Origin: Octopus bimaculoides
Lineage: Eukaryota
DNA length: 64,000 bases
Reading direction: 5' to 3'
Assembly: GCF_001194135.2 (NCBI RefSeq)
Contig: NC_068981.1
Location: 76,913,899-76,977,898 of the forward strand
The notes below the pieces were generated by a model. That model ran no database searches and was not told the origin of the DNA. It saw nothing but the letters and a program-made list of their open reading frames with translations. Shown here piece after piece: positions 37,318 to 49,110 of the stretch (position 1 is its first letter; every line of letters begins with the position of its first letter). The position numbers were made by a program, and so were the translations under genes.

Positions 37318-38099
37318 GGGCAAAAATCTCATCAGGTCTGTCTGTTAGCACACTGGACCTTCTGCCCTTCATCTCCTGTCTGATAGACGCCTCCTCCACT
37401 CCTTAAAGATATACGGAAATAGTTTTGTGGTCTTCGAGTATCGTTAGAATATAGATATCCATACAAATCTCACGCATGCTGCGAGTCAGTTCCGTGCTCT
37501 CCAGGTGTCCTTACTGCTGTGCAGCTTTTAATGACAATCCAAGTGTCTCTGTCTCTAGTCGTTGTCCTATTGTAACTAAGCTAGTATTCTGCCCCATGTC
37601 GGTGAACAGACATGCGAACACCCGCTCTACACATCTCTTCCTCTCGTTTTTGTTCATAAAATCTCAAAACTTGTTTCAATATGATCTGTCCCAGATATTT
37701 GATATATCCGTATCTGAATATATACAGTGTTTCCACAAAGGTTTCTTTTTAGAACATATGCGAAACCCAAGCTCCATTATATACATATATATATTATTTG
37801 TACATAGGTAAAAAATATTTGAAGCTGGTCAATTCATAATCGTATAAAAATGAGTGTAGAAATGACGAGATTATACAATTTCCATATTAAAAATTCGATG
37901 TTCTAAAACACTTAGTAAACATCAAATCACATAAAAACAAAATATGTAACACAATTTAGGTAATGCACTCATATGTAAACTCAAAGTACCCCATAGCTCT
38001 GAGAAAATTCCGCACCTTTTTCTCCGATTTAGGGCTTTTTTAAGATTCTTTCTCCAGGTAATTTAGAAGAGCCGTTTGTAACTTGTCTACGATTCGAAC

Positions 38100-38880
38100 A
38101 CCCTTTATTTAGCGAGTTCATGTTTTTGGTGAACCACAATTTCCTCATCACTTCAACCTCCATTCATTTCTCGTCACTACAAGATGTTTGGATGTTATTA
38201 CTGGGAGTGGAGTCTTCTGGGTCCCTTTCACTGGTCGTTGAGCCAGATAAAAAGATGAGATGTTCAACCATTCTGAAGGCTCAGACTGATAGCCTTTTGT
38301 AAACAGAGGTTTCTTGATTCTGCTGTTGTTGCTGCTGGCTCTGCTGCTTTCCGTCACTATCACCCACCACATCTGCATTTTCGTCTCATCAGAGCAGATA
38401 ACCTACAAGTATCTCAACTTGATGTCGCTTATTTTCCTGCACCGACAATTGCATTGTAGCCTTCAGAGATTATCAATACCATATGTCTATGCGGATCACG
38501 CCCAACCACATGTATTTTTAAACATCGTGAATTCTTTAACAAGTTGCTCGTGTGCGCCACAAAGATAAAGATAACTAAAGATAAGCAAAAGTCTCGGAAC
38601 ATGACTTTTGTGTTCCACTGGCTAATAGATTGTGTCAAGTACCTATAGCCAATTGTTTAGTGCATCAAGCAAGCCTGATGCTTCGTTTCCTTCTAGATAA
38701 AACATATAGTCTCAAAAGCATTCCTTGACTGATAGAAACCACAGAATTTGATATAGTAATCATTCTTTTTGCTTCTCATTTATGGGTTAATGAATACTTC
38801 TCCAGATTTTCAGTAGTCAGAGATATACCACTTTTCAACTTGCTTTCTCTGCGATAAAAGCGTCAGGTAATGATGTACAA
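38100..38880 (-). pseudogene. Possible decayed protein-coding sequence of unknown origin
   Basis: One frame reads protein-like over about 160 codons; its 11 stops are 6 TGA, 4 TAG and 1 TAA. It is followed by a CAG/CAA Gln-rich segment after a frameshift. No family recognised. Confidence 0.3.
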
Positions 38881-38954
38881 TATTTCATGGCATACCTATT
38901 TTAGACTCTTTTTGTTTTAGGTAAAAAAAAAATAGATAGATATATGGCAGTTAC

Positions 38955-38986
<32 letters not shown>

Positions 38987-39471
38987 TGAGAGGGAAGTAG
39001 AGAGACGGAGTGAGAAAGTTTACCTATATTCTGAATAATGTGTTCGCAGACAATATTGACAAAATATTTGTTGGCATATTTTTATCGTTTTTCATTTTTG
39101 AGAGCCGTTGTGAGCGTTATTTTTCCTGGTTAATAAACTGATTTATTTACATCTTTATATATGTTATCATTTTTGTCTTTCAGTTTCTCAAATCATTTCT
39201 TGAACAGAAAATTTTATAAGACCTGTTCAAAATTGTTGACGCTCTCTTTGCTAAACGATAAAGAATATTTTGTGCCACAAGGACACGAACGCTTACAAAA
39301 TAAAAGAAAATTATTTACCTCATTCTTAGGTGAAAGCGGAAGATATTTACGGATTCCAAAGCGTAGTCATCCAAAAACCAATATTTCTTTATTTTCTTCT
39401 CCATTAAGTATAAACGATGTAAACAGATTTTTCCTCCGCTCTAAGTCTAAACACACCCGCATTTGCCCAAA

Positions 39472-39527
<56 letters not shown>

Positions 39528-39549
39528 ACAACAACAACAACAACAACAT

Positions 39550-40950
39550 TAATAATGATTTCTTTTATTTGCCACCAGGGCAATGGATAAGGGGAACAAT
39601 ACAAAGACAGACATAAAGTGTGGGGATTTACATATGATAGAATGATAAATAAAAAAGTATACACGGCATACATAAGAAGAAAGGAAGTATACATAGTATA
39701 CCACACAAGAAGAAGAGGGGGAAAGTGATAGTGATGGGGTCCTCCTGATACAGGAGGACGTCTAGGGATAATCGAAGAACCTCGCCGTCTAAGATCACCC
39801 GAATACCAAGGATGAATGCCCTCTCCTACTCTTTCCTTCCGACTCACATGTCAACACTGAGAGTGGTACCATCCATCGTTGCCATTTTCGCAACTTTCAC
39901 CCACCTTTTCATAAATTCACTAGAGGACGGCATCTCTCTCTATCTCTCTCTCTATCTCTACCCACACTTTCCTTTTCAAGTGAAACTTGAAAAAGCGCAT
40001 GAGGGCTTTACCAAAAAGGAATGTTTCAGCCTCGTCCACCAGACTACCTCTTTCTCCACAGCCACTAGACGAAGGAAAACTGCCTTGCCTGCCCGATTAA
40101 AGGAAAGAGGTGAGGCAATTATCATCATGGACTCGGCTGACAGACGGATCTGTCCTACACGCGACAACAGCTGTGTATAGCTACGATCCTTTAACTATAT
40201 ATGATCTACAGATCCTATTGCCTGACTTGTAGAGAACAATGAGAGCCTGACGACATTCTAAGTGTCAGGCGCCCAGTCGCGGCCTATCATTTACCCAGGA
40301 CTGCAGCTCCTTCAAGAAGTAATCGTTGCAGGTGGCCATGTAATACCTAAGCCCCCACGCAGAGGAGTTGGCAGCAGACTGACCGCCTGACCATTGGAAC
40401 GCGTCCCTTCCACAAGAAAATAAAAACAATACGCTACCTCTAATCAAGCAGTAACCGGAACAAGGCACGACGGTCAGACAAAAATAATGACAGCAGTGAT
40501 GTAGTCATTCGTCACCTCTGCCCGATCTTTCTGGGACAACTTCTTCTCCACCCATTTCTGGGCAAGACAGGCTACCTTGTTCGTCTCTTCTTCCCAATTC
40601 TTATCCACCTGGCGGTCGGGACCAAACCAGACCCCGAGCAGTTTAAGTGGTCCGTCAGTCCAGGGTCTGACAGCATCAATCTGCCTCTCCAGGTGCCCAG
40701 TTATAATCCTATCGACTTGGCGGCATTGATTTGTGTTCCTGCAAGCGATCCATAATCGCTTACAATGGAACCGACAGTCTTTACTTCGGAGGCGTCCGGC
40801 ACCAGGAAGATGATGTTGTCCGCGTACGCTGACAGACATTGCTCTCCTGAGTCCAATTTCATACAGAAGTGGTCCAGCACGTACAGAAGCGGTGACAGCT
40901 GGCAGCCCTGACGGACAGAACGTGCGATACTAAACAGTTCCGATAGGATT
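39550..40950 (-). mobile_element. Tx1/L1-clade LINE, 5'-truncated RT, C-terminus and 3' UTR
   Basis: FSIARSVRQGCQLSPLLYVL, SAYADNIIF (degenerate YADD, 40812-40829), PWTDGPLKLLGVWFGPD..KNWEE, VAKEVVWWTRLK-like C-terminus, AATAAA at 39564-39569, then a trinucleotide tail. Confidence 0.88.
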
Positions 40951-40952
40951 GC

Positions 40953-41212
40953 TTCAACTCGCGGAACAGAGATTATGTGATCAAGCTAGAGCATTAAGAA
41001 AAAATCGTTGGTTCACAGACGTAGAGTTCGAAGCTATCAAAAGACAGGTACTAGAAAAAGCTGCAGACGAAACGATGAAAATACAGTTCCTACTGATAAA
41101 AGTAATCTCATAGCAGAAAACAGGGGTGAAATCTCTTGTAAATCAAAGGAAACAAACAGTGATAGTTGCTCGATGAAAGACATATAGATGGTTTGGAAGA
41201 AGACAATAAAAC

Positions 41213-41249
<37 letters not shown>

Positions 41250-41832
41250 TACCAGCCAATGTATGCACATTATCAGCCAATGTACGCATATTATCAACCA
41301 ATGTACGCATATTATCAGCCAATGTACGCATATTAACAGCCAATATTCGCCACTACCCCAGAAGGAATATGAAAACACAAACCTGAAGGTATCGTTGAAA
41401 ATAGAAATGTAAAGTTCGTATGGGATTTTATGATTCAGTGTGACCATGATATAGAGAAGAGGAAGTCAAACATAGTCCTAATTGAGAAAGAAAACAAACT
41501 ATGCTAGATCATAGATATAGCATAAGAAAAGTTGATAGATATGACAAGTTACCTTGGCTTGGAAAGTTAAGCACTTGTGGTCGATGAAAAAGGTGGCAGT
41601 AGCACGAATAATTGTCGAGCCCTAGGAAGAGTGAGCAAAAATCTCGAGAAGTACGTAGAAAAAATAGGGGCTACAATAAGCGTGGAACACTTGCAGGAAA
41701 CAGCACTGCTTGGAACTGCCCAAATACTCCGGAAGGTGCTTGAAAAATAAGAGGTGTTACCTCTTATTTCTGTTCACTGGTAGTGAACAGCTAACACTGT
41801 AGTACTTTTCAAGCGTTAGAAGATGTAGAAAG
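40953..41832 (+). mobile_element. R4/Dong-like RLE LINE, mosaic: N-terminal fragment, (AAT)n, then knuckle, RLE and 3' UTR
   Basis: EQRLCDQARALRKNRWFTDVEFE; (AAT)n 41214-41249; HIISQC repeats, LPQKEY; HKPEGIVEN..VWDFMIQCDH..IIDIA; LQETALLGTAQILRKVLEK stop; ends at (AAT)n. Confidence 0.85.
41253..41345 (+). repeat. 21-bp tandem repeat (4 copies plus a partial) CAGCCAATGTACGCATATTAT
   Basis: Units start at 41253, 41274, 41295, 41316 and 41337. Confidence 0.95.
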
Positions 41833-41833
41833 C

Positions 41834-41913
<80 letters not shown>

Positions 41914-41929
41914 CAATAAATTGATTAAT

Positions 41930-43410
41930 TAATGATATGTCTAGTGATGGTGTCACAATAAAAACACTGGCAATTGCGCAACCTGATAATGGCTGCAGCA
42001 TATGTGTGACACTGAGTAAACAAAGTATTGTGAATAACGGTGCTAATGAAACTGAATCCATTGATGGTGACAGTGTTGCACCCAGTAGGCTCAGAGATTC
42101 TGGTTCGGCTTCAGCCTGTCCATATCCAGAAAGGGACCACCACACGCGTCATAGATGGAGCAAGCAAATTAATGCTGTGGCCATGGAGTGTTACTACCTG
42201 AGCAACCCGGTAGATGAAAATGGTGCACAAATTAGGGGTTACCGACAACATATGTATGATCATTGGAGGGAAAAGGGATTGTTTCAACTCACGGAACAGA
42301 GACTATGAGATCAAGCTAGAGCAATAAGTAAAAGTCGTTGTTTCACAGAAGTAGAGCTCGAAGATATCAAAAGATGTGCCTTGGAAAATAGCAGCAGAGA
42401 TAACGATGAAAATACAGTTCTTAGTAATAAGAGTAATCTCATAGCACAGGTAAGGAGCAGTGGTAGTTTACTTGATGAGAGACATATAGATGATCTAAAA
42501 GAAGACAATAAAACTATTGGTGACATGAGAGATGAACAAAAAGCAATCAACGACAGAATAAGTCAAGACAACAAGAGAATGATAGCGACATTATTTGCAA
42601 ACTTAAAAATGTTGATCGGTGGAAATTGAACCAAGAAACGAAAAATGTCAATGACATTCTGAAATGCATCAGAGCAAACAACATCACAGAAACAAATAAT
42701 TTGATCAAGGCAGCAAGTATTGTTGTAGCAGAAAATGTTAGTGTTCATGTCAAGAAAAAGAAATATAATGGGAGTGACAAAAGAAAAGATTCATGGTGGA
42801 AAAGAATAATACAGAAAGGGTTAGATATGCTCTCGAAGGAAATTTCTGTGTTACACCGAAAAGAGAAAGGAGTGCTTAAAAGCGAACAAAAATACAGGGT
42901 CCTGATAAGGAAGAATAATATTGAAAGAAAGGGCCTGAAAGTGGTAATGGAAAAACTGAAACAGCAACTCGTTACACTGAAAGCAAGGATGGTAAGATAA
43001 GACCAAAGACTGAAGGGTTATTCAAAGTAGATCAGCAGAGATTCTATAAAGAAATAAATGGAGAGTGTACAGATGAAAAGTTGATACAAGATAACAATGA
43101 AAGCCAAAGGTTTTAGAGTGACATCTGGAGCAAAGACAAGGAGCACAAGAAGGATGTTGAATGGTTGCAAGAACTGAAACAAACAGTAGTCTGTCCAAAA
43201 CAGGCAGAACTAGTAATTTCAGTTAGGGAAGTGAAGGAAATAAAAAAAAATGGGCAACTGGAAAGCACCGGGAGCAGATGGAGTTCAAGGCTACTGGATC
43301 AAAAGAGTTGGGAAAACATCTGGGGGAAAAAATCGAGTCCTGCCGCATGAGCAGAAGGGTTGCAAGTGTAAGTGCAGAGGTACTAAGAATCACCTCCTGG
43401 TAGACAAAAC
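41930..43410 (+). mobile_element. R4/Dong-like LINE, 5' region (N-terminal domain to start of RT), decayed
   Basis: RHRWSKQINAVAMECYYLS..GYRQHMYDHW..KG.FQLTEQRL.DQARAI; DILKCI..NNITETNNLIKAASIVV; WKAPGADGVQGYWIK; LPHEQKGCKCKCRGTKNHLLVDK; cut by (GAA)n at about 43412-43527. Confidence 0.88.
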
Positions 43411-43527
43411 TTAGAAGAAGAAGAAGAAGAAGAAGAAGAAGAAGAAGAAGAAGAAGAAGAAGAAGAAGAAGAAGAAGAAGAAGAAGAAGAAGAAGAAGAA
43501 GAAGAAGAAGAAGAAGAAGAAGAAGAA

Positions 43528-44444
43528 ACAACAAAAGCTATAAAACAAATGAAATCCAAACTAAAACAAGAACAGCAACGGTCCATGATAAACGATGGCA
43601 TAAGAAAAGCCCCTTCATGGCAAATACTGGGCTAAACTATATGTAAAAGAAATAGACAGAGAAAAATCCCAGCAATGGTTGAGAAGCTCAGGACTCAAAG
43701 CAGAGACTGAAGGTTTTTTAATTACAGCCTCCCCATCAAAAATTACCAAAAACATATAATGAAAAGAAACATAACAAATAACTGCAGAATATGTGGTGAT
43801 GGACAAGAAACAATAAACCATATGATCTCTGTCTGACCAGTCCTGGCCAAGAAGAAATATATTCACAGACACGACAGAGCTGGGACTTACATACACTGGA
43901 AGCTATGCCAACACTATAGAATAACAGCAGAAAAAAGATGGTATAGGCACACGCCAGAAAAGGTCACAGAAAACGAGAAGGCAACCATACTCTGGGATAT
44001 GCCAATGCACCCAGATAGAGAAATTAAGGCCAATAAGCCAGATATAGTTGTCAGAGATCATGAAGAAGAAAATGCTTCCTAATTGATGTACCAATACCAG
44101 CATATGACAACATTTCTCTAAAAGAAATAGAGAAACTTTCAAAATACAAAGACTTGGAAATAGAGGTAACTCGAATGTGTATTCTTAAAACAGAAACAAT
44201 TCCTATCATAGTAGGCGCATTAGGTATGATAAAAAATATTCAGACAAGTATATAACAAAAACACCAAAACTTACAAGCATATATAATATACAGAAAATTT
44301 CACTACTGGGCCCTGCTCACATCTTACGCAAAACACTTTCAATACAGTAACCATAAGAGCATCACAGCAAACCACAGCACATACCCAAGGCACACAGAGC
44401 TGCGCTCGGTAGTGAAGGGAAAGCACGCTACAAAAATAAAACAA

Positions 44445-44448
<4 letters not shown>
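43528..44448 (+). mobile_element. R4/Dong-like LINE, 3' region (CCHC knuckle, RLE, 3' UTR)
   Basis: QWLRSSGLKAETEGFL; CRICGDGQETINHMIS..VLAKKKYIHRHDR; ILWDMPMHPDREIKANKPDIVVRD; KYKDLEIEVTRM..IPIIVGALG; ends in (AAT)n. Confidence 0.92.
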
Positions 44449-44494
<46 letters not shown>

Positions 44495-44999
44495 CACAAG
44501 CACAATGATGCAGATCAAGGCACCATTGGTGGTAACTAACAATGAGCAATGCTGTACTAAAAAGGTTATAATAACTGTAAAGGTATTAATGGCGTTAGTA
44601 ACTTTATAGTAACTGTAACAGTATTAATGACGATAGTAGCAGAGACAACAACTGTCCCTACATCTGCCACAATACAGAGCTCAATACTAAAAATTTTAAT
44701 GTAACACAAATATGTCTTATGAAACAAAAAGGAAAGCTACAACAGTACACCAAATCGCTTGTCCTATGGTTAATATGGGTTACACCAAATATTCTGCTAC
44801 ATAACACAGATTTGCTTGTCACTTGTTTGACTTTAACCAGTTCAGCATGTCCCTTAGTGGCTGACGATATGTGCATCTCTGATCAAGAGCAGAAGTAGTG
44901 GGGAGTATCATAGCCATGCGTTGAGAGGAATTCTTTGGCGTTTGGAAAATTCACCTCTGGAAACATGGGTGTTTCGCTCAACATCCTTAAACAACCCTT

Positions 45000-45335
45000 A
45001 TGATAGTGCCTAACATATCCGGTATTACAATATTAGACAAGGAAAATCGAGTTTGCTTGATGATTGACTCATTACGTCCATTTGAATCCCAGATTGTTAA
45101 GAAATCAGATGAAAAGTTGAAACAATACAATTCCTTAACATCTGAGATTACGAGGATTTGGAACATGAAATCTGTAAAGTTTGTATCTGTGGTAATTTGT
45201 GCATTAAGGGCCGTGAGTGATGACGTAGACAAAAGGGTAAATGAGATTTCAATGGAGTATCCTCTCGAGCTTCTACAGACACTTTGCATCTTAGGAACAG
45301 GAAAGTTCATCTGAAAGAGTTTGAGCACTTGATAA
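45000..45335 (+). mobile_element. RLE LINE 3' tip (third RLE end in this cluster)
   Basis: ITILDKENRVCLMID..PFESQI.KK..EKLKQYNSL..EITRIWNMKSVKFVSVVICAL...LQTLCILGT. Confidence 0.8.
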
Positions 45336-47600
45336 CTTATTGAAATAGGATTGTATAAAATACGGTAATAACTACGAAGGAGTTTTGTATTTAAAACTTG
45401 TGTCTTATTTTTTGCTTAAAAAAAAAACCAAACGTACTTTTTGGTTAACCCAATTCAAAGCGTAGTCTAAATTGTCAAAAGCTTTGAGGAGTAGGAGGAA
45501 AACTACAGAAATAGTGATAAATTTGAAACGTAAGTTCAAAAGAGGTCAGGTTGCAAAATGCTATGCTAAAAGTGTGCCAAGAAAAGACTTAGATGGTGAA
45601 TAAACTGAAAATGAAAAAGAAGAGAAACAGAAAACGGGAAATCACAGCATTGACTGATAAGATGAAAGCTTTCAGAAGAACATATTAAGTAAATGTAGAC
45701 CATATCGAAGTTGGGATGAAAAAATTAACCATATTGTCTCTAGGCCCCCTTATATACAAGAGTGAGGAAATTTATAAGTATGATTGAATTAGAGCTCCAA
45801 AACACTGGAAATTCTATTATAATATTTGCAGAAATATTTCCCCACAAAAAATTCAGAAAATGACTAATTGGCCACAGATCGAGATATTCCAGTCGCAGAC
45901 GGAGAGATACAGGCTAACTTCACGGATATTTTTCAGAAATAATAAGAATGAAAGAAGCACCAGTACCAGTTCCAACATAAAGTAAAGTGTTCTTAATACA
46001 AATAAACTACAACGTCGAGCCTGAAAATACACGCAATCCCTCTAATTAAAAATGATTTGTAGAACATTAAAGAAAAATTATTTTTATACATAGATAAATA
46101 AGCTACAATCAGGACTCAAAAATGCATTCAGTATATTAAAATAGCACTACAAGGCACTGAGCGCATATTACCTAAATACTGCAGTCGTAAAACCAACTGT
46201 AAACCCATGACTAAAAAATCACTATACTTGCCTAAGGCACCCTCAGCTACATTCAGTAGTGCTGTGTTTTGTGAAAAATAGTAGTAATGGATTTTGTCCA
46301 ATTATTTATATGTTCTGACTTTCATCATTGTATTTCCGGCTAATTAGATATATACGATACCCTATCTAGTAGCAATACACAGTAACCACAGGAGGAATGC
46401 GAACTGCCAATTTATCAATCTACATTCCAAACGAAATTTTGATAGTTCTCTTATTTTTGATAAGTTTGTTCTCATAAGTCTTTACAGACTGGAATATTTT
46501 GCAAGGGTGTTATAATATTAATAAGTATAACTGGCTAAGAGAGTTGATATCTGTCACTTCCATTCGTCTTCCTGTTTTGGAACAGACAGAAAATACTTTT
46601 CCTTTTCACTTTTATGATGTCTTGAGTATTGTAATGCCATAAGAAGCAAAATATACTATTACGAGAAAAAGTAACCTGATTCAATCCAAAAATATATCCC
46701 TATAATCCAATCTTATATGTGAATAGAATATGAATACGTGTAGAAAATATGATACGATTTGCTAAAAATATGTATACAGAGTGTTTTACTGGACTTTTCC
46801 ATTACATTTAAACACACAACATAGAATGCCAAAGCTAAATGCTGTAGATTTTTATCATTTCACTGCCCCTAATGTTAATGCGAAAATATTGTCAGATTTG
46901 TGAAATGCTTCTATATTTGCGTACATTTGGTAAATGTTCAGAATCATATTAACTGTTTTTTCGTTTACTGCATATGTGCTATTAATACAACTTGCTAGTT
47001 TAGCTAGAACTAGTATAGAGTGTGATAGATGGAATGAAGAATGCTAAATAAGCTTAAATATTTGTTTCATAACATATTTATCATGGAATGTTTGGTTGTA
47101 TCATTTTACTCTTTCTTTTCTCCATATATGCAAAGAGCAAAAGAAAAATAAATAAAATTACAAAGAAAAGAAAGGAGGAATTAAACAACTTTGTGTACCT
47201 TTTTTCCCCAGTCATATAAATCATCTAAAAACAAAGCCTGTTTACACAATTTAATATTTAAACATATGCAAAGTGCTCACATTTTCTATATATCAATTTC
47301 GGAAGCTTCAGCAATACACGTTAGTAACGAGAGATATATGTTGCACTTCTGGGTAAAGTTAAACCGGTCAGTATTAAAATGCCTGGTTATGAAAAAATAT
47401 TTATGCGTGAATAAATGATATTGATATCTAAATTTGGACAAGAACGCAGATTAGAGTAGAGTGATATCGCTTCTGCAGAATATTAAATTGAATTCAGTAC
47501 TCGACTGCTAATCATTTTCTTTACCATGTGATATGTAACGAAAAATCAGTTTGAAAGAGATTTGTAGTCAAAATGTAAAGGGACACAGGTGAATAACGAT

Positions 47601-47807
47601 TTCAAATTTTGGCACAACGATAGAGACTTCGGAAGAGGTGGAAAAGCGATTAGATTGACTCCAGTGATCAACTTGTACTTTTTATCGACCCCGAAATTAT
47701 GTAAAGCAAAGTCGACCACTGTGTAATTCGATTTGAACGTAAAGACGGACTAATTGCCGCTAAGCATTTCGCTCGGCACGGTAACGACTCTGCCAGCTCG
47801 CCGTCTT
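47601..47807 (-). mobile_element. tRNA-derived SINE, near full length
   Basis: Reverse complement begins AAGACGGCGAGCTGGCAGAGTCGTTACC and ends GTGCCAAAATTTGAA. Confidence 0.85.
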
Positions 47808-48265
47808 AAGATATGTATTAGATTCAGTAAAGCTACCGTTCATTGTGAATACTTATTCACTAATACAGACGGTAAGTTTGTTTCTAATCTAGGCACAAGT
47901 CTAGTTTATTTTCAGGAGAGATTCAGCTAGTATCATCATTTTATCGATCCTGAAATGCAAAGTTCAACGCGACTATAGAAAAATGAAGTGAATAATATTT
48001 TTATTTCATGTTGATAAGGAACGTTACAGAATATTGAAGTAAAGTACTCGCTCTTTGGCATGGTAGCGCAATTTGAATCAAAGCAAGTAAATCACCCATG
48101 ACGTTCTTAAAAAAAATAAAGGAAGAATTAATAATGCATCGTATACCTAGACCGACAATCCATGAACAAAGTTGACATCGCTACGACTAAATTTCGTTAA
48201 CTAGTCTTGTCGTCAGGACTGCCAAGTCTCTAAGCAACACGGACATCAATGTTATTACGAAGTAA

Positions 48266-48467
48266 AAGGTGGCGAGCTGGCAGAATCGTCAATGCAACTG
48301 ACAAAATGCCCTAACGGCATTTCGTCCGTCTTTGCGTTCTGGGTTCAAATTCCACCGAAATCGACTTTATGTTTCATCCTTTAGGTACCGATGAAATAAG
48401 TATCAGTTGATCACTAGGATCGATGTAATCGACTTAACACACCCCCAAAATTGCTGGTCCTGTACCA
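48266..48467 (+). mobile_element. tRNA-derived SINE, near full length
   Basis: AAGGTGGCGAGCTGGCAGAATCG..GGGTTCAAATTCC..ATAAGTATCAG..GATGTAATCGACTT..AAATTGCTGG. Confidence 0.85.
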
Positions 48468-48512
48468 GGAGAACATCTTTGTTGTATACAGTTACATATA
48501 TTTCTGTTATGA

Positions 48513-48546
<34 letters not shown>

Positions 48547-48599
48547 NNNNNNNNNNNNNNNNNNNNNNNNNNNNNNNNNNNNNNNNNNNNNNNNNNNNN

Positions 48600-48641
<42 letters not shown>

Positions 48642-48979
48642 ATTCGCTAAAGGCGATTTTAGTTAATATCCTTCTGGATTCAATAAGATAGGGTGTTCGG
48701 TCTAAATTTGACGAGTTTTATGTCTCAATTCTCAGGATCATTTTGTTTTGTTGGTGAACAGCGAACGCCGTTAGAGAGCATAATGGTTAAAGTTACAATT
48801 GAGAAAAATTTAGCTGATATGGAGGACTGAAAGCCATTTGAGTATTGGAAAAGAGTTATCTGTATCCCGAGGTATTATAATGCCAATACCATGTTTACTG
48901 CTAAATGCGCTGTGGACACTGTAAAGGCAGTAAGGAGTGACATGGACAGCTGTAACAGAGACTACGAAGCCATGGTAGT

Positions 48980-49110
48980 CAGGAAGGGATACAACAGGTA
49001 TTCTGAGTGTGTCCACATGCCGGTATGCAAACAGCAACTACAAGGAAGGGCCTCAGGCTCAATTCAGATGATTATATGAAGCTGCTGGAGACTGTAGTAT
49101 ACCTCGCATC
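48980..49110 (+). mobile_element. Tc1/mariner-superfamily (possibly maT-like) transposase fragment
   Basis: GLRLNSDDYMKLLETVV resembles the G.+LN...Y...LE.VV.PW segment of the catalytic domain; short match only. Confidence 0.35.

Noticed and set aside
38371-38399. CTGATGA-GAC-GAAA on the minus strand inside an ATCTGC/GCAGAT hairpin
   Set aside because: Stem II would have a 1-nt loop and there is no room for stem III or a cleavage triplet; likely chance.
47601-48467. tRNA-like A/B boxes in SINE heads as tRNA genes
   Set aside because: No complete cloverleaf; they continue into SINE body sequence found in several copies.
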